NCBI GenBank assembly: GCA_025928655.1
Contig: JAICJC010000004.1
Span: 1 to 62,245, forward strand
Source: Thermoleophilia bacterium
GTDB taxonomy: Bacteria > Actinomycetota > Thermoleophilia > Gaiellales > JAICJC01
Direction: 5' to 3'
Length of the DNA: 62,245 bases
Shown one piece after another: positions 48,065 to 57,924 of this stretch. The notes beneath the pieces were generated by a model. The model saw only the letters and a program-made list of their open reading frames with translations. It searched no databases and had not been told where the DNA came from. Within the stretch, counting starts at the first letter, position 1; each line of letters begins with the position of its first letter. A program made the position numbers and the translations under genes.

Positions 48065-49408
48065 ATGGAGCTGAACGACGCCTTCCACCGGATCTTCCGG
48101 CAGCACCTGCTGGTCATCCTCCTCATGGTGGCGGTGTGCGTGACCGGCGCGGCCGTCCTCGGTCTCGGTGAGAAGCCGTCGTACACGGCGTCGACCCGGC
48201 TCGTGCTCGACACCCAGGATCCGCAGTCCAGCACGGGATCGACGGTCATCGGCGACACTGCAAAGGCGATCGCCACGAGCCCGGTCGAGGTTAGCGCGGC
48301 GCTGTCCCAGGCACACATCGCGGACCGGAACCCGACGGAAGTCGCGAAGCACGTGTCGGTCAGCCCCCTCGGAACCTCCGGGGTGCTCCAGCTGTCCGTC
48401 ACCGACAGCAAGCCGGCATACGCTCGCGCCCTCGCGAACGCCCTCGCCGAGCAGGTCATCCGGACTCGCAGCACGGTGAACACCCGCCGGATCGACCAGA
48501 TCTCGGCCGACCTCGACGGCCGGATCCGCGTCCTCAACCAGCGGATCGCCGGTGCGGATGCGGCCGTCGATCAGTTCAACCGTCAGCTCGCGGCGGGCCA
48601 GACGGGCACGGCCGCGGCCCGCCTACGCTCGCAGATCGACTCGGAGTCGCGGCTGCGTGACTTCGACGCCGAGCAGCGCGGTGTCCTGGTGTCGGAGCGG
48701 CTCGGTCTGCTCTCGACGGACGCACTCCGTCCGCAGGCCTCGGTGATCAGCCGGGCGACGCTCCCACGGGACGCCGATGCCAGCCGGCGCGTGCCGGACC
48801 TCATGCTGGGACTGCTGCTGGGGCTCATCCTCGGTATCGGGGCGGCAGCCCTGATCGAGACGTTCAAGCCGACGCTTCACGGCGCCGAGATGCTCGCCCG
48901 CGAGTTCGGGACGTCGTACCTCGGCACGATCCCGGCGACCGCCGGCGAGGAGGAGGCGGACCTGGGTACGGAGCCGATCACCCTCGTGCTGCGCCTGGCG
49001 GCGGAAGGGGCCGGGGTCCGGAGCGTGAATCTCCTCGCCGCGGTGCGGGATCCGGGCCTGACCGCTGCGGCCGCGAACCTGGAAGCGGCCGTCAACGGGA
49101 TCTCCGGGCCGGACGCCGATCCCTCCGCCCCCGTGGCCGCCGGCGGCACCCAGCCGTACCGTCCGAGGAAGCGGGAGCGGTACGAGCCGCCGGAGGCTTC
49201 GCCGCTTCCCCTGCGCGTACGCACGTTCGGGATCGATTTCCCGGCGAGCCGAAACGGCGCTCCCAGCGGCGTGGTCCTGGTCGCACCGCAATCGCTTCGC
49301 AGGTCGCGCGTGCTCGAGGTGAAGCACCTGCTGAGCGTGATGCCGGTGCCCGTCCTGGGCCTGATTTCATACGGATCCGGGAGCCGCTGGATGACCGAGC
49401 CCTCGTGA
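48065..49408 (+). CDS. Chain-length regulator (Wzz/Wzc-like) with degenerate cytoplasmic tail
   Basis: N-terminal TM, YTASTRL, coiled coil, second TM; no Walker A. Confidence 0.7.
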   Translation: MELNDAFHRIFRQHLLVILLMVAVCVTGAAVLGLGEKPSYTASTRLVLDTQDPQSSTGSTVIGDTAKAIATSPVEVSAALSQAHIADRNPTEVAKHVSVSPLGTSGVLQLSVTDSKPAYARALANALAEQVIRTRSTVNTRRIDQISADLDGRIRVLNQRIAGADAAVDQFNRQLAAGQTGTAAARLRSQIDSESRLRDFDAEQRGVLVSERLGLLSTDALRPQASVISRATLPRDADASRRVPDLMLGLLLGLILGIGAAALIETFKPTLHGAEMLAREFGTSYLGTIPATAGEEEADLGTEPITLVLRLAAEGAGVRSVNLLAAVRDPGLTAAAANLEAAVNGISGPDADPSAPVAAGGTQPYRPRKRERYEPPEASPLPLRVRTFGIDFPASRNGAPSGVVLVAPQSLRRSRVLEVKHLLSVMPVPVLGLISYGSGSRWMTEPS

Positions 49409-50679
49409 ACCGCGCCGGCGCTCCTCGCGCGGGGATGGTAATGGAGCTCGATCCGCGGGCGCCGGCGGGAGCCGCTGCCGCCGCCCGCGGTGCCGCGGCC
49501 CGGACGCGGCCGCTCCGGGTCGCCCAGATCGTCACCAAGCTCACGGCCGGCGCCGGCGGCATCACGCTGCGTGGCGCGGCGGCGCTCGATCCGCGGGAGT
49601 ACCGGACGACCATCCTCACCGCCGGCGAGAGCTCGCTGATCGCTCCGGCAGAGGCCGCCGGGCTGGAGGTGATCCGGCTCCAGCACATGGCCCGGGGACG
49701 GGGGCTGTACCCGTCAACCGACGTGCGGGGGATGCGAGAGCTCGTGGATCATCTGCGCGCAGGCGGCTTCGACGTGGTCCACACCCACAGCGCCAAGGCA
49801 GGGGCCATCGGCCGTCTGGCGGCACGGCGGGCGGGCGCGCGGGCGATCGTGCACTCGTTTCACGGCTTCCCGTTTCACGAGTTCCAGCCGGCGGTCGTCC
49901 GCCGCTCCCTGCTCGCCGCCGAACGGGGTCTGTCGCGGATCACCGACTACTTCCTGGCCGACGGCACCATGGTCGCCGCGGAGGCGGTGCGGCTCCGGCT
50001 GGCCGCATCCGGGACGATCCGCGCGATCGCCAGCCCGGTGGACGACGGAATCGCGGCCGCGACGGCCGAGACCCGCCGCCGCGCGAGGATGCTGCTCGGG
50101 CTTCCCGAGGATGCCACGGTCGTCGGGACGGCCGCCCGTCTCAGTCACCAGAAGGCGCCGCTCGACATGGTCCGGGCGCTCGCCCGCCTCGGACGACCGG
50201 ACGTCACCGTCGTGTGGATCGGAGACGGTGAGCTCCGCTCACGCACCGAGCGGGAGATCTGCCGCTCAGGGCTCGGGAGCCGGTTCCTGCTCCTCGGCGA
50301 GCGCTCGGATGTGCCGGCGCTTCTGCCGGCGTTCGACGTGTTCGCGCTCCCGAGCCTGTACGAGGGGCTGCCGTGCGCGCTCGTCGAGGCGATGACGTGC
50401 GGCATCCCGGTCGTTGCGACGGCGGTGAACTCGGTGCCGGAGATCGTCATCGCGGGAAGAACGGGGCTGCTGGCCCGGCCGGCCGATCCGTCGTCCATGG
50501 CAGATGCCCTGCGCTCGATGCTCGACCATCCCGCCGCTGCGGCCGAGATGGCGGCCGCAGCGCGGTCCCGGATCGGGACCGGGTTCCGGCCCGACGTGCA
50601 CGCGCGTGACCTGGTCGTGGCGTACGAATCGGCGCTCGAGCTGGCGGCCCGGCGCCGGCACATTCCCGGGGCGGCGTGA
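49405..50679 (+). CDS. GT4 glycosyltransferase
   Basis: HTHSAKAG, PSLYEGLPCALVEAM..G.PVVAT. Confidence 0.9.
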   Translation: MNRAGAPRAGMVMELDPRAPAGAAAAARGAAARTRPLRVAQIVTKLTAGAGGITLRGAAALDPREYRTTILTAGESSLIAPAEAAGLEVIRLQHMARGRGLYPSTDVRGMRELVDHLRAGGFDVVHTHSAKAGAIGRLAARRAGARAIVHSFHGFPFHEFQPAVVRRSLLAAERGLSRITDYFLADGTMVAAEAVRLRLAASGTIRAIASPVDDGIAAATAETRRRARMLLGLPEDATVVGTAARLSHQKAPLDMVRALARLGRPDVTVVWIGDGELRSRTEREICRSGLGSRFLLLGERSDVPALLPAFDVFALPSLYEGLPCALVEAMTCGIPVVATAVNSVPEIVIAGRTGLLARPADPSSMADALRSMLDHPAAAAEMAAAARSRIGTGFRPDVHARDLVVAYESALELAARRRHIPGAA

Positions 50680-51662
50680 TGCGGGCGTCCTTCGAAAGCG
50701 CCGGGGTGCAAGTGGACGTCGACTGCCAGCTTCCATGGGTCGGCGACCTCATCTCGGAGGGGACCGCCGGCGAGCTGTGTCCGCCCGCCGGCCGTTCGGC
50801 GTCGCTTCGGGTGCAGGTCGAGAGCGACCATCGTCCGTTCAGCGCGCACGGCTGGCGGTACATGAGCCGCGGGGTGTGGCAGCGCCGCGACGGGGTGGTC
50901 GTCGAGGACGTCTGCACGACCGGGTTCGATCTTTACGCCCGGGTGCTCGGGGATGGGGCGACCTTCACGTACCGGTGGCGGCCCCGCCCCAGGAGCCGCA
51001 CGGCGGCCGTCGCGCTGCGGTCGCGGTTTCACCTGCTCGCCCGGGCGGCCCTCCTCCAGTACCCCGCCCTGTGGTGGGCGGGGGCGCACGGGCGCGCACC
51101 GCTCCACGCGTCCGCGGTGGCGGAGCCTCATGCCACCCCGCTCGTCTGCGCGGCGAGCGGGGTCGGCAGGTCGACGCTGCTGGTCGCGGAGGTGGAGCGG
51201 GGCCACCGAACGACGGGCGACAACCTGGGCGTGAGCGACGGCGAATCGGTGTGGGGCCTGCTGGAGCCGGCACGTGTGGTCGGCGGCGCAGGGCGACGGA
51301 TGCCGCATGGCCGGCGAGAGATCAGGATCTCCGGCCGCGCCGCGGCGCTGACGCCGTCGTGCGTCGTGACGCTCGAGCGCGGTGACGGCGAGCGGCCGGT
51401 CCTGCTGCCGTGTGCGCCCGAGACGGCTGCACGGGCGCTGGTGACGAGCACCTACATGGCCGGCGAGCTGCGGCGGTACTGGGTATTCGCGGCGGTTCTC
51501 GCGGCGGCCACCGGCCGAGGTCCGGCGCATCCTGCGGTCGCCGACACGGCGTCGCGTCTGACGACCCGCCTGCCCTGCTGGACGGTCGCGCTCGGGCGGG
51601 AGCCGGGGGCGCGACTGGACGATCTCCTTTCGCGGGCGGAGGTCGAGACATGGGTGTCGTAG
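50676..51662 (+). CDS. HPr-kinase-related P-loop protein (diverged)
   Basis: PLHASAV followed by AASGVGRSTLL and TTGDN, resembling LHA...G.SG.GKST...DD. Confidence 0.55.
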   Translation: MMRASFESAGVQVDVDCQLPWVGDLISEGTAGELCPPAGRSASLRVQVESDHRPFSAHGWRYMSRGVWQRRDGVVVEDVCTTGFDLYARVLGDGATFTYRWRPRPRSRTAAVALRSRFHLLARAALLQYPALWWAGAHGRAPLHASAVAEPHATPLVCAASGVGRSTLLVAEVERGHRTTGDNLGVSDGESVWGLLEPARVVGGAGRRMPHGRREIRISGRAAALTPSCVVTLERGDGERPVLLPCAPETAARALVTSTYMAGELRRYWVFAAVLAAATGRGPAHPAVADTASRLTTRLPCWTVALGREPGARLDDLLSRAEVETWVS

Positions 51663-53098
51663 CCCGGGAGCCAACCGGTCTCGTGCCGGAGGCGGGATCG
51701 CGCGTCCGCTTGATCGAGAACGCGGCCCTGCCGGCCGACCGCGCGGCGCTGCGCGTACTCCGGGCGGGGGTACGGCACGCGGACCTGGCGGCCCCGGCCG
51801 TCGCCCTTCCCGACTTCCATCACAAGGGCGACAAGGAGATGCCTTCCAGCATCGTCGTCGCCACGAGGTCGACGATCCAACCGACCTATACGAGCGCGTC
51901 GCTCAACTGCGGCATGGCGCTCGTGACCACGGATATCGATCTCCCGGGCGATGCCGCCGTCGCCGAGTTCTACCGCCGCTTTCGCGAGAGCTACCCCTAT
52001 CCGCCGTCATACCGCCGCGACCTGACGGGGTGGGACGTGGTCCGGTGCGCCGCCGAGGGCGCGGACTTCGCGGCCGAGCAGTTCGGGGTGCACCGGGAGG
52101 AGGTGAGCCGGGTCGAGCTCGGCGGCCGGGTCGACGTCGCGCATCTCGGCGGCGCCGGCCGCGTCCGGCGCGAGCTCCCGTGGTCTGTAAGGCAGCTCGG
52201 CCGGATCAGGTTCGGGACCATCGGCCCGAGCAACCACTTCCTCGAGCTTCAGGAGGTCGCCGAGGTGTTCGACCCGGCCGCGGCCGCCGCGCTCGGGCTC
52301 GCACTCGGGCAGGTCACCCTCCAGTACCACGGCGGCGGCGGCTCGCTCCCCGGCGAGCTGGGCCTGCTGTTCGGGCGACGGAAGCGCCGGCCGCGCGCGG
52401 TCGGGATGCAGATGGCCGTCCAGAAGCCGCTCTACCACTTCGGCAGGGCGCGCTCGATCGCGGAGCTCCGGCGCAGGCGCGCGCTCTTCTTCTCGGACGA
52501 CCCTCCACCGGTCGACCGCAGCACCGCCGAGGGCGAGCAGCTCTCCCTGGCGAACGCGATGGCCATGAACTACGGCTTCGCCTTCCGGCTCTCCACCTAC
52601 GCGAGGCTCCGCGTGCTTCTGCACAAGCACCTGGGGGCTCGCAGTGTGCGCCTCCTCGTCGACACCTCCCACAACTCGATCTATGAGGAGGAGGTGGACG
52701 GCGAGCCCGCGATCGTGCATCGGCACAACGCCTGCCGGATCTTCCCGGCCTCCGAGCTCGCAGGTCACCCCGTGTTCGCGCGCACGGGCCAGCCGCTCCT
52801 CCTGCCCGGAACGGGCAGGACGTCCTCGTACGTCTGCATCCCGGGCGAGCATCCCGAGCGGTCGCTGCACAGCGTCTGCCACGGGGCCGGGTCGGTGGTC
52901 GCGGATCTCTCCCGCCGGGCGATGCCGACGAGCCGGGCGGGCTGCGGCAGTACGCTCCGCTTCACGTACGGGACCGCCCCGCCCGCCCGCGTGCCCCATA
53001 TCGACGACGCCGGCATCGACGCCGTGGTCGATCTGCTCCGCGACAGCGGCATCATCCGGCCCGTCGTGCGGCTGCGGCCTTTCGCGGGGCTGACGTGA
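51650..53098 (+). CDS. Diverged RtcB-family protein
   Basis: GGAGG RBS; LPDFH, NCGM, GTIGPSNHFLELQ, YHGG, SHN, HRHNA, LPG, SVCHGAG, RLRP. Confidence 0.8.
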   Translation: MGVVAREPTGLVPEAGSRVRLIENAALPADRAALRVLRAGVRHADLAAPAVALPDFHHKGDKEMPSSIVVATRSTIQPTYTSASLNCGMALVTTDIDLPGDAAVAEFYRRFRESYPYPPSYRRDLTGWDVVRCAAEGADFAAEQFGVHREEVSRVELGGRVDVAHLGGAGRVRRELPWSVRQLGRIRFGTIGPSNHFLELQEVAEVFDPAAAAALGLALGQVTLQYHGGGGSLPGELGLLFGRRKRRPRAVGMQMAVQKPLYHFGRARSIAELRRRRALFFSDDPPPVDRSTAEGEQLSLANAMAMNYGFAFRLSTYARLRVLLHKHLGARSVRLLVDTSHNSIYEEEVDGEPAIVHRHNACRIFPASELAGHPVFARTGQPLLLPGTGRTSSYVCIPGEHPERSLHSVCHGAGSVVADLSRRAMPTSRAGCGSTLRFTYGTAPPARVPHIDDAGIDAVVDLLRDSGIIRPVVRLRPFAGLT

Positions 53099-53544
53099 GC
53101 GACGGCGCGTACGCGGTCGAGCGCTGGCGGCGCAACCGACGGGTGATCGCGCCCGCCGACGCCCTCGTCGCCGAGGTGGCGCCGTTCCGGAGGAGGAACG
53201 GCGCGCTGATCCGGCGGGTGGGAGCACTCGCCGCGGGCAGCCCGGTGGTCGTGTGCTCGCCGCCCCCCTTCGCCCGGTATCGCTGCCGGCGGTTCGCATC
53301 GGCCGCGGGGATCGACATCGACCGCGAGTACCTCGCCCTCCCGAGGCCTGGGGCACCCGCCTACCTCGTCGAGGACGCTCCGGCCGCGACCGCGTACTTC
53401 GTGCGCTCGATCCTCGTGCCGCCGCCCGGGAGGATCTGGACCGCGCCTCTCCGTCTGTGCGTGTCCGTCGTCTCGTGGCTTCCGAACCCCGGGCTGGTCC
53501 TGCGATCGGTCGCGCCGCGCACGGTGGTGGGGACGCGGCGGTGA
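53095..53544 (+). CDS. Hypothetical protein
   Basis: GTGA-coupled on both sides; EYLALP...AYLV segment. Confidence 0.6.
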   Translation: MSDGAYAVERWRRNRRVIAPADALVAEVAPFRRRNGALIRRVGALAAGSPVVVCSPPPFARYRCRRFASAAGIDIDREYLALPRPGAPAYLVEDAPAATAYFVRSILVPPPGRIWTAPLRLCVSVVSWLPNPGLVLRSVAPRTVVGTRR

Positions 53545-54578
53545 CCGACCTGCTTCCCGTGGACGGCCGGACCGTGCCCGCAGTCGATGCCCCGGCGCCC
53601 TCGATGGCGGAGGTCGTCCGCGGCACCCCGGGGGTGCGTTCGGTCGTCATCGGTGTGTCCAAGGACCCGAACGCCAAGGTGACGGTGCTGCTCGTCTCGG
53701 AGCGGGATGGGATGCCCGTGATGGCGGTGAAGGTGCCGACGACGCCGATCGCCGCTGCGGCGGTCGAGTCCGAGACGGCCGCGCTCGTCGAGCTGCACGC
53801 CCGCTACTCCGGCGCCGCCATCCGAACGATCCCGCGCGTGGTCCGCATGGTCGAGGTCGACGGTCTGCGGGGGGTCGTGATGACGGCGGTACCGGGGACG
53901 CCGATGACCCGTGGGTACGTGTGTCGGCGCCGCTCGCGGCGCGGGCGGACGGAGGCGCACCTGAGCGCCGTATCGGAATGGCTCGCGTCCCTCCACTCCG
54001 TCACCGGCGCGGGGTCCGCTCCGATCGACATGGACATGGGGGTGAAGTCGGAGCTCGAGACGCGGTTCGGGGATGACCGGCGCCTGGGGGATGACCTCGG
54101 CCGGCTTGCTGCGATCCACGCCAGGCTGGGGAGCGACCACGCCACGCGAGCCGTTGTGCACGGAGATCTGTGGTTCGGGAACGTGCTGGTGGGGCCGGGA
54201 GGAGTCACCGGCGTCGTCGACTGGGAGGCGGCGTGCGTGGGCGGCGAGCCGGTCCGGGACCTGGCCCGGTTCGCGATCATGTACGCCCTCTACCTCGACG
54301 AGGGTACGGGCGTGCCCGGCCGGTGGCATGGGCGCGACGCGAAGCGCTCGCGACCCTGGGGCGACGGGATCGAGTTCGCGGTGAACGGCACCGGGTGGTT
54401 CCCTGACCTCTTCCGGGGCTTTCTCAGAGACGGGTTACGGCGCCTCGGGGCATCCCCCGCCCTGTGGCGTGACGCCGTGCTGGCGGGGGTCGCCGACGTC
54501 GCCGCCCGTACCGACGACCCGGCGTTCGGGCGCTTGCACCTGGACCTTTTTCGCCGCCTGACCGGACCTACGGGCTAG
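53541..54578 (+). CDS. APH/choline-kinase-like phosphotransferase
   Basis: AVKVP, HGDLWFGNVL, VVDWE. Confidence 0.82.
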   Translation: MTDLLPVDGRTVPAVDAPAPSMAEVVRGTPGVRSVVIGVSKDPNAKVTVLLVSERDGMPVMAVKVPTTPIAAAAVESETAALVELHARYSGAAIRTIPRVVRMVEVDGLRGVVMTAVPGTPMTRGYVCRRRSRRGRTEAHLSAVSEWLASLHSVTGAGSAPIDMDMGVKSELETRFGDDRRLGDDLGRLAAIHARLGSDHATRAVVHGDLWFGNVLVGPGGVTGVVDWEAACVGGEPVRDLARFAIMYALYLDEGTGVPGRWHGRDAKRSRPWGDGIEFAVNGTGWFPDLFRGFLRDGLRRLGASPALWRDAVLAGVADVAARTDDPAFGRLHLDLFRRLTGPTG

Positions 54579-54599
54579 GGGTCGGCGGCCGGCGAGCCG

Positions 54600-55403
54600 C
54601 TAGGAGCCGACGGCGTGGTGCGAGCGCTCTTCGTCGACCCGGCCGATCCGGGCCCAGCGGCTGGCCTGCGTCCGGTTCGTGACGTTGAGCTTCCGGTAGA
54701 TGTTGGACAGGTGGAACTTCACGGTCTGCTCGCTGACCCAGAGCTGTCGCGCGATCTCGGCGTTCGCCATACCTTCGGAGACATGCGTGAGGATCTCCCG
54801 CTCGCGGCGGGTCAGGTGCGCTCCCAGGGCTGCCCGATCGTCCCTTCTGGGCGGTTCGGCCGGTGCGGGCCCGTGCCCCTCGGAGCCCACGACGAGCCCG
54901 GGCGCGGCGGGGACCGAGGAGGGCGGCGCGAAGACGATCGAATGCTCGAAGATCTGCCGGATCGCCGAGGCGAGGTCGTCGGGCCGGACGTGCTTCATCG
55001 CGTACGCCGTGGCGCCGGCGCTGAGCACGTCGCTCACGACGGACGCCTCGACCTGGGTCGAGAGGACGATCACCTTGATGTCGGTGCGGGCCTCGATGAC
55101 ATCTCGCAGATAGGAGGTGCCGCCGATCTGGCCGGGTCCGAAATCGATGTCGGTGACGACGATGTCAGGGCGGTGCTCGACGATCAGCGCGAGACCCTCC
55201 GCAGGCGAGGTCGCCTTGCCGAGGGTGGGCAGGCCAAGTCCGCGGAGAACCGCCTCGACGGCGTCGAGCCAGAGCGGATAGGCATCGATCACGACCGCTG
55301 ACGCGCGCCCCTCTCCGTGCCCGTCGCGATCTTGGCGGAGTGTCCCCACGACATCCCCCGATGGTGTAGGACGGTTTCCTTCCGGAAATCCCGTGGCAAC
55401 CAT
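54600..55403 (-). CDS. NarL/LuxR response regulator
   Basis: REC domain (IVVTD, AYAMK) plus LTRREREIL..TVKFHLSNIYRKL; start uncertain. Confidence 0.88.
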   Translation of the reverse strand: MVATGFPEGNRPTPSGDVVGTLRQDRDGHGEGRASAVVIDAYPLWLDAVEAVLRGLGLPTLGKATSPAEGLALIVEHRPDIVVTDIDFGPGQIGGTSYLRDVIEARTDIKVIVLSTQVEASVVSDVLSAGATAYAMKHVRPDDLASAIRQIFEHSIVFAPPSSVPAAPGLVVGSEGHGPAPAEPPRRDDRAALGAHLTRREREILTHVSEGMANAEIARQLWVSEQTVKFHLSNIYRKLNVTNRTQASRWARIGRVDEERSHHAVGS

Positions 55404-55615
55404 ATCCAGACCAGGGTGAACTCGTCAAGCTACTGCATGGAACACTGGACCCATCGCGGTGTCACGGGCCGTACCCCCGACTTTTGGCCAGGTCCGGGGG
55501 CTCGCAGAACCTGACCGTGTGGCCGGTTGCCGGCGGCGGGTCTGCGCCGTAGCCTGAAGGACGGCAACTCGACCGGAGGTGGGCGCATACTCCGGTCTCG
55601 TCACGGGGATACCGA

Positions 55616-57757
55616 GTGAGGGTTCGGCGGGACGTCGGCGGTGCGGGAGCGGGCTGCGGTGGACGACAGGCGCGTCGACCGCACGCCTCCGTCCGTTCGT
55701 TCGGCCGCCGCGTCGCGGTTGTGGGAGTGGGGCTGGCGACCCTGCTCGGGGCGACATCGATGCCCGCCTTCGGCGCCGGGTCGATCCTGTACGTGGACGG
55801 CTCGAGTGCATCCTGCGCGGATTCCGGGCCGGGAACGGCTGCCCAGCCCTTCTGCACGATCACCGCCGCAGCTTCACATGCCGGCGCGGGCCAGACCGTG
55901 CAGGTCGCGAGCGGCACCTACACGGAGGATGTGAAGGTCTCGGCTTCTGGCAGCCCGGGCGCGCCGATCACGTTCCAACCCGCTCCGGGCGCCGTCGTGA
56001 CGCTCACGGGCAAGGCGGACGGGTTCACGCTCACGAACGCGAGCTGGATCACGGTGACCGGATTCGAGATCACGCGGACGACCTCCTACGGCATCAACGT
56101 GACCGGCGGCTCGCACGTCGCCATCTCCGCCAACCACGTCACCTTCTCCGGCCAGCCGATCCAGGGCCAGATCGCCGCGGGCATCCACCTGAGCGGTGTG
56201 ACCAGCTCGCTCGTTTCGGGGAACGACTCCGATCACAACAGCGACTACGGCATCACGGTCGTCGGTGGATCCACGGGGGTCGAGGTACGCGGGAACACGA
56301 CCTACGCCAACTCGCGAGTGTACGAGCGGGCGACCGCCGGGATCCGGATCTACCAGTCTCCAGGCAACATCGTTGACCGCAACATCACCCACGACAATCA
56401 GGACTCGGGGATCGAGTGTTACCCGGGGGCGAACAACACGCTGATCTACGACAACGTCTCGTACGACAACGGCGACCACGGGATCGACAACCTCACCGCG
56501 ACGGGAGAGGTGATCGTCGGGAACACCGTCTACGGCAACGTCACGGCCGGCATCAACGTCGAAGGCGGCTCGACGGGCGCGACCATCGGGGACAACATCA
56601 GCGTCGACAACGGCATCGGCAGCCCCCGGACGCACAGCGACATCCGCGTCGAGCACGGGTCGACCGCAGGGACGACGATGGACTACGACCTGGTCCACCT
56701 TTCGACGGCCGACACGCTCTTGATCTGGGACTCGGTGAGCTACAAGTCGCTCAGTGCCTTCCAGGCCGCGAGCGGTCAGGAGGCGCACGGGATCGACGCG
56801 GATCCACGCTGGGAGGCTCCCGGTGCCGGCAACTTCCATCTGACGGCGGGCTCGCCGGCCATCGACTCGGCAGACTCGGGGGTGACGGGCGAGCCGGGCA
56901 CGGACGTCGAGGGGAATCCTCGGGTCGACGACCCCGGTACCGCCGATACCGGCGCCGGCCCCAACACCTATGATGACCGCGGCGCGTACGAGTTCCAGGG
57001 TACGACCCCGAGCCAGCCACCGTCCGCCGCGCTGACCGCCCGGCCCTCCTCGGGCGTCGCGCCGCGGCCCGTCACGGCCGACGCGTCGGCATCGACGGCC
57101 GGCGGCGCGAACCCGATCGCCTCGTACAGCTTCGACTTCGGCGACGGCTCCGCCCCGATTGGCCCGCAGTCCGGGGCGACCGCCACGCACACCTACACCC
57201 AGCTGGGGGCCTTCACCATCACCGTCACGGTGACCGACACCAGCGGGGCATCCTCGACGGCAACCGCTGTCGTCACGGTCTCCTCCCCGGGCTCCCAGCA
57301 GTTCGTCGGCAACCAGGGATTCGAAACCGACCTCACCGGCTGGAATACATCCGGATCGAGCACGGGCGTCACCCTGACACGGACAAGCGGCGGGCACAGC
57401 GGGTCATGGGCGGCGCAGGTCTCCAACCCCACGACCGCGAGCGTCGGCACGTGTCTCTTGAACGACTCGCCGAACTGGGTGAAGACGACGGCGGGCGGGA
57501 CATACACCGCATCCATGTGGGTGCGGGCGGACTCACCGGGATCGGTGCTGAAGCTGCGGTTCCGCGAGTACACGGGCAGCACGCTCGTGGGCACCGCCAC
57601 GTCGCAGCTGACCCTGTCCTCGACCTGGCAGCAGGTCACGCTCGCCTACACCCCTGGCGCGCCCGGGTCGTCGACCCTCGACCTGAACGCCTACGTCTCG
57701 GCGGCCGCCCCGGGAACCTGCTTCTACGCCGACGACGTCTCGGTGACGCTCGGCTGA
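55616..57757 (+). CDS. Secreted right-handed beta-helix + PKD + CBM4/9-like protein
   Basis: Signal peptide, QPFCTI, repeated N..DHGI turns, FDFGDG/HTYT (PKD), NQGFETDLTGW (CBM). Confidence 0.8.
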   Translation: MRVRRDVGGAGAGCGGRQARRPHASVRSFGRRVAVVGVGLATLLGATSMPAFGAGSILYVDGSSASCADSGPGTAAQPFCTITAAASHAGAGQTVQVASGTYTEDVKVSASGSPGAPITFQPAPGAVVTLTGKADGFTLTNASWITVTGFEITRTTSYGINVTGGSHVAISANHVTFSGQPIQGQIAAGIHLSGVTSSLVSGNDSDHNSDYGITVVGGSTGVEVRGNTTYANSRVYERATAGIRIYQSPGNIVDRNITHDNQDSGIECYPGANNTLIYDNVSYDNGDHGIDNLTATGEVIVGNTVYGNVTAGINVEGGSTGATIGDNISVDNGIGSPRTHSDIRVEHGSTAGTTMDYDLVHLSTADTLLIWDSVSYKSLSAFQAASGQEAHGIDADPRWEAPGAGNFHLTAGSPAIDSADSGVTGEPGTDVEGNPRVDDPGTADTGAGPNTYDDRGAYEFQGTTPSQPPSAALTARPSSGVAPRPVTADASASTAGGANPIASYSFDFGDGSAPIGPQSGATATHTYTQLGAFTITVTVTDTSGASSTATAVVTVSSPGSQQFVGNQGFETDLTGWNTSGSSTGVTLTRTSGGHSGSWAAQVSNPTTASVGTCLLNDSPNWVKTTAGGTYTASMWVRADSPGSVLKLRFREYTGSTLVGTATSQLTLSSTWQQVTLAYTPGAPGSSTLDLNAYVSAAAPGTCFYADDVSVTLG

Positions 57758-57924
57758 GCCGAGCTCTGGGGTCCGGGCCCTCGTCCGGGCGCGTGTCGCC
57801 GCGCGGGTCGAGATGAACGTTCCGGCATGGCGCGACAGCTGGATTCCGGTGGGATCCATGTGCCGCCTTCGCTCGGCCCGATTCGCCGGTTTTCGGGGCC
57901 GGGCCGGCGGCTAGGCTCTTCCGG

